This document shows positions 10,004 to 18,082 of a stretch of DNA of 27,186 nucleotides, one piece after another. A program made the translations under genes and the position numbers. The notes below the pieces were generated by a model. The model saw nothing but the letters and a program-made list of their open reading frames with translations, was not told the origin of the DNA and searched no databases. This DNA is from a virus (lineage: Duplodnaviria; Caudoviricetes), in the IMG/VR virus record IMGVR_UViG_3300037631_002605, positions 1-27,186 of that record; one strand, 5' to 3'. Each line of letters starts with the position of its first letter. The first letter of the stretch is position 1.

Positions 10004-10705
10004 TTATTTGTAAAGCTTGGCAAAGCCTTCGTCAACTTGTTTGACAAAAGCTGGATCGCGCCGAGTATTATCCCAGTAGCGCGGGTCTTTCATCATAGAC
10101 TCTAACTCACCCTTGTCTAATACTGTCGGAGCGGTAACTTCGCCGCTAACAGATGTGTCAGACAACGCACCCATAAAATGCTCAAGGAGTTCGATACCCT
10201 TGGCAGTTTCGCCAAGACGCATAATCTCATCACCAAGTTCGGTGGGAACATTTTTCTGCGACCACAATGCAACGGCTTCGATGCGAGCCTCGGCATTGTC
10301 ACCAAGCTTGGCTGACTCAGCCTCAAGGTCGGGTTGGTTAGGCATCATACGAGCCAGACCTTCTTCAAACTCATCCTGAGAGAAACCGTTTTCCCAAGCA
10401 AAGTTCGCCCACCAATCTACATTGGGATCATCTGCCAGTTCGTCAGCACCCTCTGGAAGGGTGTAGTCACCAGATGATTCAGGGCGATTAGCAAAAGCCT
10501 CTTGCTCAATCTCACCCATGATAGACTCGCGCAACTCATCTTGCCCCTTACCCAGTTTGCTCTCTAGGGAAGAGTAGGAATTAACCAAGTCTTCTGGTGT
10601 GTTAAATTTTTCGGGAAGCCACTCAGGGCGGCTATCTGCTACCTCAGTTGTTACGGCTTCAGGTGCTTCGGCTTGCGCTTCCACATTATCTGTTGCTTCA
10701 CTCAT
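10004..10705 (-). CDS. Capsid assembly scaffolding protein, 233 aa
   Basis: Acidic protein with RPEWLPEKF...YSSLESKLG and C-terminal MMKDPRYW...DPAFVKQV; lies between portal and capsid. Confidence 0.88.
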   Translation of the reverse strand: MSEATDNVEAQAEAPEAVTTEVADSRPEWLPEKFNTPEDLVNSYSSLESKLGKGQDELRESIMGEIEQEAFANRPESSGDYTLPEGADELADDPNVDWWANFAWENGFSQDEFEEGLARMMPNQPDLEAESAKLGDNAEARIEAVALWSQKNVPTELGDEIMRLGETAKGIELLEHFMGALSDTSVSGEVTAPTVLDKGELESMMKDPRYWDNTRRDPAFVKQVDEGFAKLYK

Positions 10706-10953
10706 TTGCTTTCTACCTTTTCTGCATGTTTAATGCGCCGTTCAATCAGCGCAACGATAAAGCGTTGACCCTCCAAGTGACGGAGTTCGCCATCGCTAAT
10801 GCCTCCGCCAGCTACCGCATCCAATGTAATGGAACGGAGATAGCGAAGAACCTCTGAGCCTGCCGGAGTTCCGAGCAGGGCTTTAATATCCATCGAAATC
10901 TTTTCATCCTCTTTTTGTGGTCGAGGAAAACCATCTACTCCAATATGTGACAT
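10702..10953 (-). CDS. Conserved small head-module protein (Bbp19-like), 83 aa
   Basis: TPAGSEVLRYL...LEGQRFIVALI motif; typical position between portal and scaffold. Confidence 0.7.
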   Translation of the reverse strand: MSHIGVDGFPRPQKEDEKISMDIKALLGTPAGSEVLRYLRSITLDAVAGGGISDGELRHLEGQRFIVALIERRIKHAEKVESK

Positions 10954-12486
10954 TTATACCACACCACCGCCTTGTTGCTGCGCTTGCATCTGCGCCATAA
11001 GTTGTTGCATCTGTTGAATCTGTTCACGCTCGGCTTCGTCTCTAATTAGATTATCAGGAACGCCAAACTTCTTAGCTAAGTAAACCGCTGTCTCTTCTGA
11101 GTCGATAAGCAAGTTGACCATCTCCGGCCCAAAGTTTGCACCGACTACTTCAAGGAATCTCGCAACAGTTGTGATGTCCTGATTAGATTGGGCTTGCGCC
11201 AAAGGAGATACACTCCGGATTTTTACTTCGCGACCATTAACTGTTGGGAGATCAATGCGACCCTGCTTACGCAGGATATAAACTACACGTTGCAGAATGG
11301 GTTGAACCATCTCTGCTTGCAAGCGACCAAAAGCAGAACCAATACGGCGGCTTAAGTCAGCCATGCGTTCTGCGATCTCGGTAGCCGTGGCGGGTGTTCG
11401 ATTGGGATCACCAAGCATATCATTATACAATGCGCGCTTAATGTTCATCCGCATGTCGTTAAGAACAAGATTGGCAACATCAAAGCTTCCGGCTGCCGCA
11501 ACAGGTTGTAAACCATTCGAGCCGGGTGCTTTAGGAATGACAGTCCCCGGCACAAGATTGATCGTATCGACATTGATAATCCCATCATCATCCATTTGGT
11601 AAATGCCAGAGATAGCCATCTGTGCATTTTCCAATACAAGCTGAATTGTAAGGTTAGTTGTTTTAATTGCAGACAGCGCGTTTACCAGTGGGCCGCGACC
11701 ATATACTTCGCCAGCAGCTTTAGACCAACGGAAGCAAACAAACGGATTGCTGCCCACGCCCTCAAAGATGTCTTCAAATATTAACTCGCCATGCGTTTTA
11801 TCAATGGCGTAGTAGCCGTAACGCTCTTGGTTAGGCTTGTCATATAGGCGACATACAACCTCAAGAACCTTGCACTTTTCCTCACCCTTGCGGTTAATCA
11901 TATCCTGCATCTTGGGAGAGAGTTTTGCTTTGGGATAAACAATCTTTATATCGTTATGGCGAATCTCACGCTCACGATATACATGGTCAATGCGGTCATC
12001 CGGCCCGTTCTCAAGAACGACCTTGGGAAGGGGGATAGCACTAAAGCGGATTGGGTTTACTGCATCACCCTCTTCAACCAGCAAACAGCCAGTTCCGACA
12101 GCCAAGTCCATAAATGACTCATGAACCTCTTGAGCAAAGTTACTGTTTGCAAGAATCTCAAAGATATACTCTGTGACTTCATCAAGGCTGTTGTTGATTT
12201 CATCGGCTTCTTCTGGCGGCACTTCTGAGCCAGCAACCAAGTCAGACCAACGAGCAAAGTTGGGAACAAGCCCAGATTGCAAACGAGAGGCAAACTCTTG
12301 AACGCCAACTACAGCAGTTTCGTCAAAGATTCGGTCATCACGGCGTTGACCCGGTGCATTGAAGTAAAAGCCTTCACGCTGGGGGAGAGCATAGTCGTAA
12401 CACTCTTGGAAAAGATCTTCAAAGGGAGTGCGTTGAGTTCGCGCAGTCTCATACTTCTTGATGTAATGTTTAGCTGTTTTGTCCAT
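10954..12486 (-). CDS. Portal / head-to-tail connector protein, 510 aa
   Basis: FASRLQSGL, SNFAQEVHESFMDLAVGTG, RWSKAAGEVYGRGP and TATEIAER motifs of T7 gp8-like connectors. Confidence 0.95.
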   Translation of the reverse strand: MDKTAKHYIKKYETARTQRTPFEDLFQECYDYALPQREGFYFNAPGQRRDDRIFDETAVVGVQEFASRLQSGLVPNFARWSDLVAGSEVPPEEADEINNSLDEVTEYIFEILANSNFAQEVHESFMDLAVGTGCLLVEEGDAVNPIRFSAIPLPKVVLENGPDDRIDHVYREREIRHNDIKIVYPKAKLSPKMQDMINRKGEEKCKVLEVVCRLYDKPNQERYGYYAIDKTHGELIFEDIFEGVGSNPFVCFRWSKAAGEVYGRGPLVNALSAIKTTNLTIQLVLENAQMAISGIYQMDDDGIINVDTINLVPGTVIPKAPGSNGLQPVAAAGSFDVANLVLNDMRMNIKRALYNDMLGDPNRTPATATEIAERMADLSRRIGSAFGRLQAEMVQPILQRVVYILRKQGRIDLPTVNGREVKIRSVSPLAQAQSNQDITTVARFLEVVGANFGPEMVNLLIDSEETAVYLAKKFGVPDNLIRDEAEREQIQQMQQLMAQMQAQQQGGGVV

Positions 12487-13100
12487 TACTTAAAATACCT
12501 CTGAAAGAAACCCGCACCGCCAGCTTGGCTTGAAAGAAGTGATGCTTTGCCTCGTTTGCGTGTCATGCCAACAGTAGCTTGCTCTACCGCCTTCTCTCTG
12601 CGGCGACGAATTTGTTTAAGTTCTGGTTGTTTCGCAACATCAGAGGACAAAATAGCTTTTGCTTCTCCTACTTTTTTGGCAACTTCTTTTTCTCGGCGCT
12701 TTCTTGCATTTTCTCTATACTGCGCCTTGCCACCTTGCCTACGGACTTGAGGGGTAGTGTAGGCAGAAATCAAGCTTGTTTTTAATGCCTCAACTGTTCG
12801 GGGGTCAGACCCCGCAGCAACAGCTTCCGCTAGTTCTGGCTGTCCGATTTTTGCTAACTGCACTTGATAAGCTTTTGTAAAAAGATCTGCTGTTTCTTGT
12901 TTTGTGTAATTTTTTCTATAGGCTTTGCCGCGCCGAACAGAGTAAACAGGATCGGGAACACGACTAAAGATTGCAGAAGCAATATCGGGATCAACGTCTT
13001 TTGCCAAACCCAATTCAGAAATAAGACTTTGTTTAGCTTCGCGTTTACGTTTTGCAGCCGTTTCTCTCTTGCGTTTCCATACACTACTAGGCAGTCCCAT
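12486..13100 (-). CDS. Basic protein between terL and portal, probably a virion component, 204 aa
   Basis: Coupled to both neighbours by TAATG overlaps. Lys/Arg-rich, with a C-terminal RKRGKASLLS..GG motif like small pre-portal proteins of podoviruses. Confidence 0.6.
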   Translation of the reverse strand: MGLPSSVWKRKRETAAKRKREAKQSLISELGLAKDVDPDIASAIFSRVPDPVYSVRRGKAYRKNYTKQETADLFTKAYQVQLAKIGQPELAEAVAAGSDPRTVEALKTSLISAYTTPQVRRQGGKAQYRENARKRREKEVAKKVGEAKAILSSDVAKQPELKQIRRRREKAVEQATVGMTRKRGKASLLSSQAGGAGFFQRYFK

Positions 13101-14620
13101 TACTTCATCCTATTCCAAAAACCTTGTTTCCCTTGCTTGGGTTTCCGTGTAAATATATCAAAGTCCCGCTTCATAGTAAACGGTTTAGCGGTCTTGTTAT
13201 TTCCGAGGACTTCACGACCTTCACCACCACCAAGCATTAAGTATTGTAAAGCATCATGTATATGAGAGAATCTATTCTTATCGGGTTTGTCATCGTAACG
13301 CTCGCCGGACACTTGCATACGCCGATACCCATAGCCACCATCAAAACCCTTGATCAACTCCTTGCATCGCGGGTCTATTAAGATACCCGACTTGCCCTCA
13401 ACCAAACGGTTTAGTGTGCCAGCTACGGCCTCAATACGCAAGGAAACATCGTTAGATTGTGCAGGACGCGCAGTAAGACCAGCACCCCGAAGCACTTGGA
13501 ACGGAGTGCTTTCATCTGTTTGCGCGCGGAAATCACCCGCAGGGTCGCCAATAATATTTACTTCACACCCGCTATAACGTGTAGCAATCTCCTGCCTGAG
13601 TAACTCTGCAAATCGCACGATTCCCATGTCGAAGGCGACAATCTCTTGAAGTATCAACCAACGACCACGAACACGCTGACCAAACACAGCAGCAGGAGTA
13701 AGCCCAAAGTCAAGACCAATAAAGACCGGAACTCCAGCAGCGACAGGTATTTCTTCTTTAGCGATGTGTAAGTCTGGTGCAAACATTTGATATACCGGCT
13801 TCCCATCATTTATCTGTCCTAGCTTATTCATAACATAGACATCAATCCAGCTTTTAGTCTTACCCCTGATAAGGTTGGGGTAATAGCTCTTCATCATGTT
13901 CTTTTGGTTTTCTGCCTGTTTGTTAGGCACATAGTCTTGGATAGAACCGTCTTTATCTTTCTCTTCTACCATTCCAGCAGGCTGTGTGTAGAAACTCCAG
14001 TTATCCGGCTTTACCATCATACGCGCTTCGTCAGCAGAGATGTGATCAGGGATTGGAACTTCGCCAGACATGATAGGCCACCAGTGGTCTTCTTCTGGAG
14101 CGTTGGTATCAGCGATCACGCCAGTCCAAGTCGGGCCTCCCTCTCGCATAGAGGGGAAGCGACCAACACGCATAGTGCAAGCATCAATGATTGACTTGGG
14201 TAATTCCCTCGCCTCGTTAATCCAAATGCCAGTCAACTCCAATGACAGAAGTTTCTTTACATCCTCTGGTCTATCGAGAGCAAGAAAGATAACCTCAAGG
14301 TCTAGGTCGCCTTGCTTGATGTGATGTGTGTAAGGGACTGACCACTGGAACTTGCCCCATTGGTCTTCGGGAAACCAGTCAAGCCAAGTCTTAATAGTCG
14401 TGGTTCTTAGCTGTGGGTTAGTGTTACGAATGATAGCCCAGCGAGAGCGGCGTATGCCATCATCATTCTTTTGCTGTGCTAATGCACGGCGGAATACCTC
14501 AACGCAGCAGCCAACAGATTTGCCAGAGCCGACCGGGCCGCGAATACCACGGAAAAAGGTATCGTCCTTCATAAAGGACTTTAGAACATCGCCATCCGGC
14601 TTATACTTAAAGTTCGTCAA
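13100..14620 (-). CDS. terL: Terminase large subunit, 506 aa
   Basis: Walker A GPVGSGKS, Walker B GIWINEARE, coupling motif DTNAP, nuclease GLDFGLTPAA and SHIHDALQY; TTG start. Confidence 0.96.
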   Translation of the reverse strand: MTNFKYKPDGDVLKSFMKDDTFFRGIRGPVGSGKSVGCCVEVFRRALAQQKNDDGIRRSRWAIIRNTNPQLRTTTIKTWLDWFPEDQWGKFQWSVPYTHHIKQGDLDLEVIFLALDRPEDVKKLLSLELTGIWINEARELPKSIIDACTMRVGRFPSMREGGPTWTGVIADTNAPEEDHWWPIMSGEVPIPDHISADEARMMVKPDNWSFYTQPAGMVEEKDKDGSIQDYVPNKQAENQKNMMKSYYPNLIRGKTKSWIDVYVMNKLGQINDGKPVYQMFAPDLHIAKEEIPVAAGVPVFIGLDFGLTPAAVFGQRVRGRWLILQEIVAFDMGIVRFAELLRQEIATRYSGCEVNIIGDPAGDFRAQTDESTPFQVLRGAGLTARPAQSNDVSLRIEAVAGTLNRLVEGKSGILIDPRCKELIKGFDGGYGYRRMQVSGERYDDKPDKNRFSHIHDALQYLMLGGGEGREVLGNNKTAKPFTMKRDFDIFTRKPKQGKQGFWNRMK

Positions 14621-14801
14621 TTTTATGATCCACGCCGACTTTGATTAGACGCTCAACCACATCGGGGGCGATAATCGAAATAAGCTTGTCAGCTTCATAG
14701 TCAGTGCAGAATTCTTTGGGGTGATGCTTGAGGTGAACCTTCTTAACTATGTTGCGTAAGACTCGACGCTCCTGCTCACTAATTGTGTGTAGAAAACTCA
14801 T
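14607..14801 (-). CDS. Hypothetical protein, 64 aa
   Basis: ATG with AAGGT RBS; overlaps the terL start and tiles with its neighbours. Confidence 0.65.
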   Translation of the reverse strand: MSFLHTISEQERRVLRNIVKKVHLKHHPKEFCTDYEADKLISIIAPDVVERLIKVGVDHKIDEL

Positions 14802-14913
14802 CTGTTACCTTTCTTGCCTCCTGCATAGCCTCGGAGAAAGACATCTTGCGAGAACTATTGTTCTGCATCTTGATTGCTTTTCTACGAAGCTTGCGGATCT
14901 CTTGCTTAGACAC
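14779..14913 (-). CDS. Hypothetical basic protein, about 44 aa (MSKQEIRKLRRKAIKMQ...)
   Basis: GTG start overlapping the upstream gene end; fills the gap between two genes. Start position uncertain. Confidence 0.4.
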   Translation of the reverse strand: MSKQEIRKLRRKAIKMQNNSSRKMSFSEAMQEARKVTDEFSTHN

Positions 14914-15157
14914 GACGATGCTTCCGCGTCTTTTCAGCAATACCTTTTGGCTGTTTTGAGAACTGCTTGCCAGCACGACGAGCCGCACGTTTCTTTGCGG
15001 TGGTGCGAGCATACTCTTCATCGCTTAGGCTTTTGATTGCCTTCTCTGGCAAGTAACGTTCACCAGTAGCCTCAGAACCCTGAGTGCTGGGCTTGCCTGA
15101 TTTAGTCCGCCACTTCTGTTTCGTCCAAGCGCGGAGAGATTTTTGCGGGGCTTTCAT
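14906..15157 (-). CDS. DUF5872-like protein, C-terminal part, 83 aa
   Basis: QKSLRAWTKQKWRTKSGKPS...GERYLPEKAIKSLS...TTAKKR...GKQFSKQP pattern recognised from memory of the family. Confidence 0.7.
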   Translation of the reverse strand: MKAPQKSLRAWTKQKWRTKSGKPSTQGSEATGERYLPEKAIKSLSDEEYARTTAKKRAARRAGKQFSKQPKGIAEKTRKHRRV

Positions 15158-15324
15158 TAGCTAGTATAGCCTCCACCACGAGCCTTGTATTCGCGCGCGA
15201 GCATCTGAGCCTTGCGTGCAGACCATTGCCCCGGCGAGCCACCTTTGCCACCGCGCTTAATTTTCTCGAAGAGATTCTTACGCATCCGTGGTTTGGTGTA
15301 GTTGCCAGCTTCATTAACCGCCAT
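15157..15324 (-). CDS. DUF5872-like protein, N-terminal part, 55 aa (not in the ORF track)
   Basis: Manual translation MAVNEAGNYTKPRMRKNLFEKIKRGGKGGSPGQWSARKAQMLAREYKARGGGYTS; TAATG overlap with the next gene. Confidence 0.75.
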   Translation of the reverse strand: MAVNEAGNYTKPRMRKNLFEKIKRGGKGGSPGQWSARKAQMLAREYKARGGGYTS

Positions 15325-15562
15325 TCTCTTCTTCCTTCAACTTACGCAAGGAGGTAGGGGTGTTTTTTGTTTTTACTTTCTGGACGCGCTTCTCCGGCAC
15401 ATGGGCTACTGCCTTTACGCCGCGATCAGCAAGTTCCTCTTCCGTAAAGAGACGAACACTATCAGTGGTAAACGACTTGCCTGAGTGAGGGCGACCATCA
15501 GGAAGAACGAAATAATCTTTGCTGATGTATTCCGAACCATCAATCTTATAAAGCTTGCTCAT
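15314..15562 (-). CDS. Hypothetical protein, 82 aa
   Basis: ATGA overlap with the upstream gene and AAGGA RBS; contains LPDGRPHSGK. Confidence 0.65.
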   Translation of the reverse strand: MSKLYKIDGSEYISKDYFVLPDGRPHSGKSFTTDSVRLFTEEELADRGVKAVAHVPEKRVQKVKTKNTPTSLRKLKEEENGG

Positions 15563-15678
15563 TTACCATATCCTTTCAACATTGATTTCTTTTTCCCCTT
15601 CTTCTTGGCAGCAGCTTTCTTAGCCGCTTTGATGCCAGCAGGGGTGTATGGGTATTTCTTTCCAGCCACGTTAGGCAT
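15559..15678 (-). CDS. Lys/Ala-rich microprotein, 39 aa (not in the ORF track)
   Basis: Manual translation MPNVAGKKYPYTPAGIKAAKKAAAKKKGKKKSMLKGYGK; coupled by TAATG upstream and ATGA downstream. Confidence 0.7.
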   Translation of the reverse strand: MPNVAGKKYPYTPAGIKAAKKAAAKKKGKKKSMLKGYGK

Positions 15679-15959
15679 TACTTGTCGCCTTTTATAAAAG
15701 CGTCTTTTTCATTAAGATCTACAACTCGGCGAACATAACGAAGCATACTTCTATACTTGTCTGTTTTTTCAGGATTTGTTTTTTCTAGTTTTTGAACAGC
15801 ACCATAAGCATGATCAAATATTTGCATAGATCTAACTTTTTTATGTTCCTTATTGTCTTTCAAAAGCTTGGCGTTTAACTTCGCTGCCGAAGAGCCTTCA
15901 TACTTAGACCGTGCATAATTGAACAAACTTTTTGAATCTTTAATATTTTTGAAATCCAT
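15678..15959 (-). CDS. Hypothetical Lys-rich protein, 93 aa, AT-rich gene
   Basis: ORF tiles between neighbours; GGTGA RBS-like sequence upstream. Confidence 0.65.
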   Translation of the reverse strand: MDFKNIKDSKSLFNYARSKYEGSSAAKLNAKLLKDNKEHKKVRSMQIFDHAYGAVQKLEKTNPEKTDKYRSMLRYVRRVVDLNEKDAFIKGDK

Positions 15960-15964
15960 CTAAA

Positions 15965-16246
15965 TCACCATTTAACCTTATTAGCCCAGTATGCCGCAGA
16001 CATCTTGCCTTTGGCAATGTTTTTTCTGTGACGCGCTTTGAAGCTACGCCGCTTTGCTTTCATACGCGCTGACTCTCCAGCCTTCGGCTTGCCAGCAGTA
16101 GAAGCACCCTGCTCACCAAAACGGATAATCTTTTCCTTCCCTCCCTCGCAAGCCTTCACAACGTGCGACTTCTTTGGGTGGCTAGGAGTTCGTTTCGGCT
16201 TATTGCACTTGAGATTCTTAATACCAGCGCGTGTCTTCTTACTCAT
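15965..16246 (-). CDS. Conserved basic phage protein (DUF5754/DUF6321-like), 93 aa
   Basis: KIIRFGEQG...RRSFKARH...SAAYWANKVKW pattern; ATG at 16246 with GGTGA upstream. Confidence 0.7.
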   Translation of the reverse strand: MSKKTRAGIKNLKCNKPKRTPSHPKKSHVVKACEGGKEKIIRFGEQGASTAGKPKAGESARMKAKRRSFKARHRKNIAKGKMSAAYWANKVKW

Positions 16247-16919
16247 CCGCAATCACCATCTGCCCCGTATAGTCTGCGCCATACGGATCAACCCTTACTT
16301 TTTCTGGGATATTCATTTCGCGCGGTAGCCCCGTAGTCCGGTCTGACCCAAAAGGATCAACTTCGGTTGAATACTTTTCGCCCCTATACTCAAACTCTTT
16401 CACGCCAGCCGCATGTTGGCGAGCAAACGCCTGAGTAAATGTAAGGTCATCAAGACTAGCAGAAGGAGTGGTTTCATTAAAAGCAGTCTTCACAGCCTCC
16501 AAAGCATTATCCAAACGCCCGTCTCCGATATAGCCAGTAGGAAGCGTAGGACGTTCCTCAGTCATATCCGGGCGAGACTCAACGATAAATCCAAAGCGTT
16601 CAAAACTAGCAGGGATAGCAAAAGAATACTCAGGGATAGAATCAGATCCAATGAAATATCCACCCTGCTGGTTCTTTACTGCCACGAATGAATTAAAGAA
16701 AGGAGGAAAGGAGGAGGGAGAGGGAAAGTCAATAAGGGCTAGTGGGGCTTCTTCGGCATTGGGGTTTCCAGCAAAGTAACGATCAGCACCCTCTTTCAGA
16801 ATAGCGGATAACTCAAGGGGAATGTTCTCCTCAGAGATATAGCCATCATACATAAAGTTATCCATCGCAGTGTCATACGCCGCTCTAGCAAACTTCTCTT
16901 GATATTCCCTTGAAGGCAT
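16239..16919 (-). CDS. Hypothetical acidic protein, 226 aa
   Basis: AAGGTG RBS; first gene after a predicted promoter. Contains TFTQAFARQHAAGVKEFEYRGEKYST and two VDP(F/Y)G(S/A)DxT repeats. Confidence 0.75.
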   Translation of the reverse strand: MPSREYQEKFARAAYDTAMDNFMYDGYISEENIPLELSAILKEGADRYFAGNPNAEEAPLALIDFPSPSSFPPFFNSFVAVKNQQGGYFIGSDSIPEYSFAIPASFERFGFIVESRPDMTEERPTLPTGYIGDGRLDNALEAVKTAFNETTPSASLDDLTFTQAFARQHAAGVKEFEYRGEKYSTEVDPFGSDRTTGLPREMNIPEKVRVDPYGADYTGQMVIADE

Positions 16920-16952
16920 AACGCACCTTTTGAACTAAAAAATATATTTCAC

Positions 16953-16981
16953 ACTATACTTTTTTTATCGAGCCTTGAGAA
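16953..16981 (-). promoter_or_regulatory. Sigma70-type promoter for the packaging/head operon
   Basis: Minus strand TTCTCA (16981-16976), 17-nt spacer, TATAGT (16958-16953), in AT-rich DNA upstream of the 226-aa gene. Confidence 0.5.
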
Positions 16982-17146
16982 GGAAAAATGTTTGTAGGAG
17001 TCCTGACCACTGTCCGTGCCGACGGTTTTTCCCCCCACCCCCTCCACACACTCGACCTCACGCCCGTGTAAGAGATTTGACGCGAGGCACACTGCAAGGA
17101 GGCACAATCGAGAAGTCCGACTACAAGGAGGTCATATATCTCAGGG

Positions 17147-17533
17147 TCAACCGAGGTCAATCTCAACCTTGATGTCCCCGGCGTGTAAGTGCATATGCTT
17201 CTCAGGGGCTTTCAATCCCGCCCTATCCAACAAGTCTTTGCTTGCCTCTAGCTGGACATACTCTGATTTAGCATTGGCTGACAGTCGCGTCACCTGATGG
17301 AGGGCTTGGGTCGCCTTAGCTCCAAGTTCATCCCTTACCCTTTGCATCATATACGCTTGAACCTTTGGCAGTGCTAAAGCCTTGCTTGCGCTGACTCTTC
17401 CCGTTTCACCCTCAGCATACCCAGCTGCTTGCGCGGCTTCTTTTATCGTGCCGCCATACGCTACCAAGTGTTCCACAAGGGCGGTCTGTTTCTCTGTCAA
17501 TCCTGTCTCAGGATTCTTGACCGCATTACCCAT
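17147..17533 (-). CDS. terS: Terminase small subunit, 128 aa
   Basis: LTEKQ...TIKEAAQAAGYA...ASKALALPKVQAY HTH and C-terminal ASKDLLDRAG typical of TerS; first gene of the minus-strand arm. Confidence 0.85.
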   Translation of the reverse strand: MGNAVKNPETGLTEKQTALVEHLVAYGGTIKEAAQAAGYAEGETGRVSASKALALPKVQAYMMQRVRDELGAKATQALHQVTRLSANAKSEYVQLEASKDLLDRAGLKAPEKHMHLHAGDIKVEIDLG

Positions 17534-17804
17534 TTTCTTTTATTTCCCTTCTTCCCTTCTGCTAGATTGTCGCTAGCACATAATCCTATAAGCGGCACGA
17601 AGCGCGCCGCATAAGCGGAGTTTAAGAGGGTTTGTCAAGAGAAAGCAAGAGAGAAAGAGAGGAGGAAGGCAAGAACGCAATAATCTTTCAATGAGACGAA
17701 ACAATATTGCGCAAATAGCATAAACTTCGCAAGCACATTGCGTGGGGAATGTGTATAATAATGGGTATAAAGAAATGGTTGAGACTGTAGGAGGTAACGC
17801 AATC
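17534..17804. promoter_or_regulatory. Divergent control region between the late and early arms
   Basis: About 270-nt non-coding gap between divergent genes. Contains TATAAT at 17754-17759 (+), a GCGGC/GCCGC hairpin at 17592-17610 and palindromes at 17702-17714. Confidence 0.55.
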
Positions 17805-18077
17805 ATGACAAACAGAGTAGGAATGAAGGATTTAGAACTGCAGACAGCAGTTATCAACGGTCTGAAAGGTTCGCCTGTGAAATACAGCGCAAACAAAGAA
17901 GGCGAGAAATTCAAAGCAAATATCGGACACCGCTATATTCTAGCAAGCCATAATCATTATGCGCTGGCCTGTGTCATCAATGAAAGCGGAGGCGTATCGG
18001 TTCGCTTTGGTTCAAAGAACAAGCGCGACCTTTTCAACAAGCTTGACGCATACATCACAGCATTAGACGAGGAGTAG
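17805..18077 (+). CDS. Early hypothetical protein, 90 aa
   Basis: Strong AGGAGGT RBS before the ATG at 17805; the ORF-track start at 17742 is probably too far upstream. Confidence 0.75.
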   Translation: MTNRVGMKDLELQTAVINGLKGSPVKYSANKEGEKFKANIGHRYILASHNHYALACVINESGGVSVRFGSKNKRDLFNKLDAYITALDEE

Positions 18078-18082
18078 AAACC

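Noticed and set aside
15102-15314. ORF-track 70-aa ORF MKLATTPNHGC...
   Set aside because: Wrong frame; the overlapping 15157-15324 frame encodes the recognisable GQWSARKAQ protein.
266-16691. Many plus-strand ORFs of 60-156 aa opposite the structural genes
   Set aside because: They are antisense shadows of well-supported minus-strand genes, with no recognisable motifs.
16954-17297. ORFs spanning the gap downstream of terS
   Set aside because: They cross G/C runs and a predicted promoter, and look non-coding.
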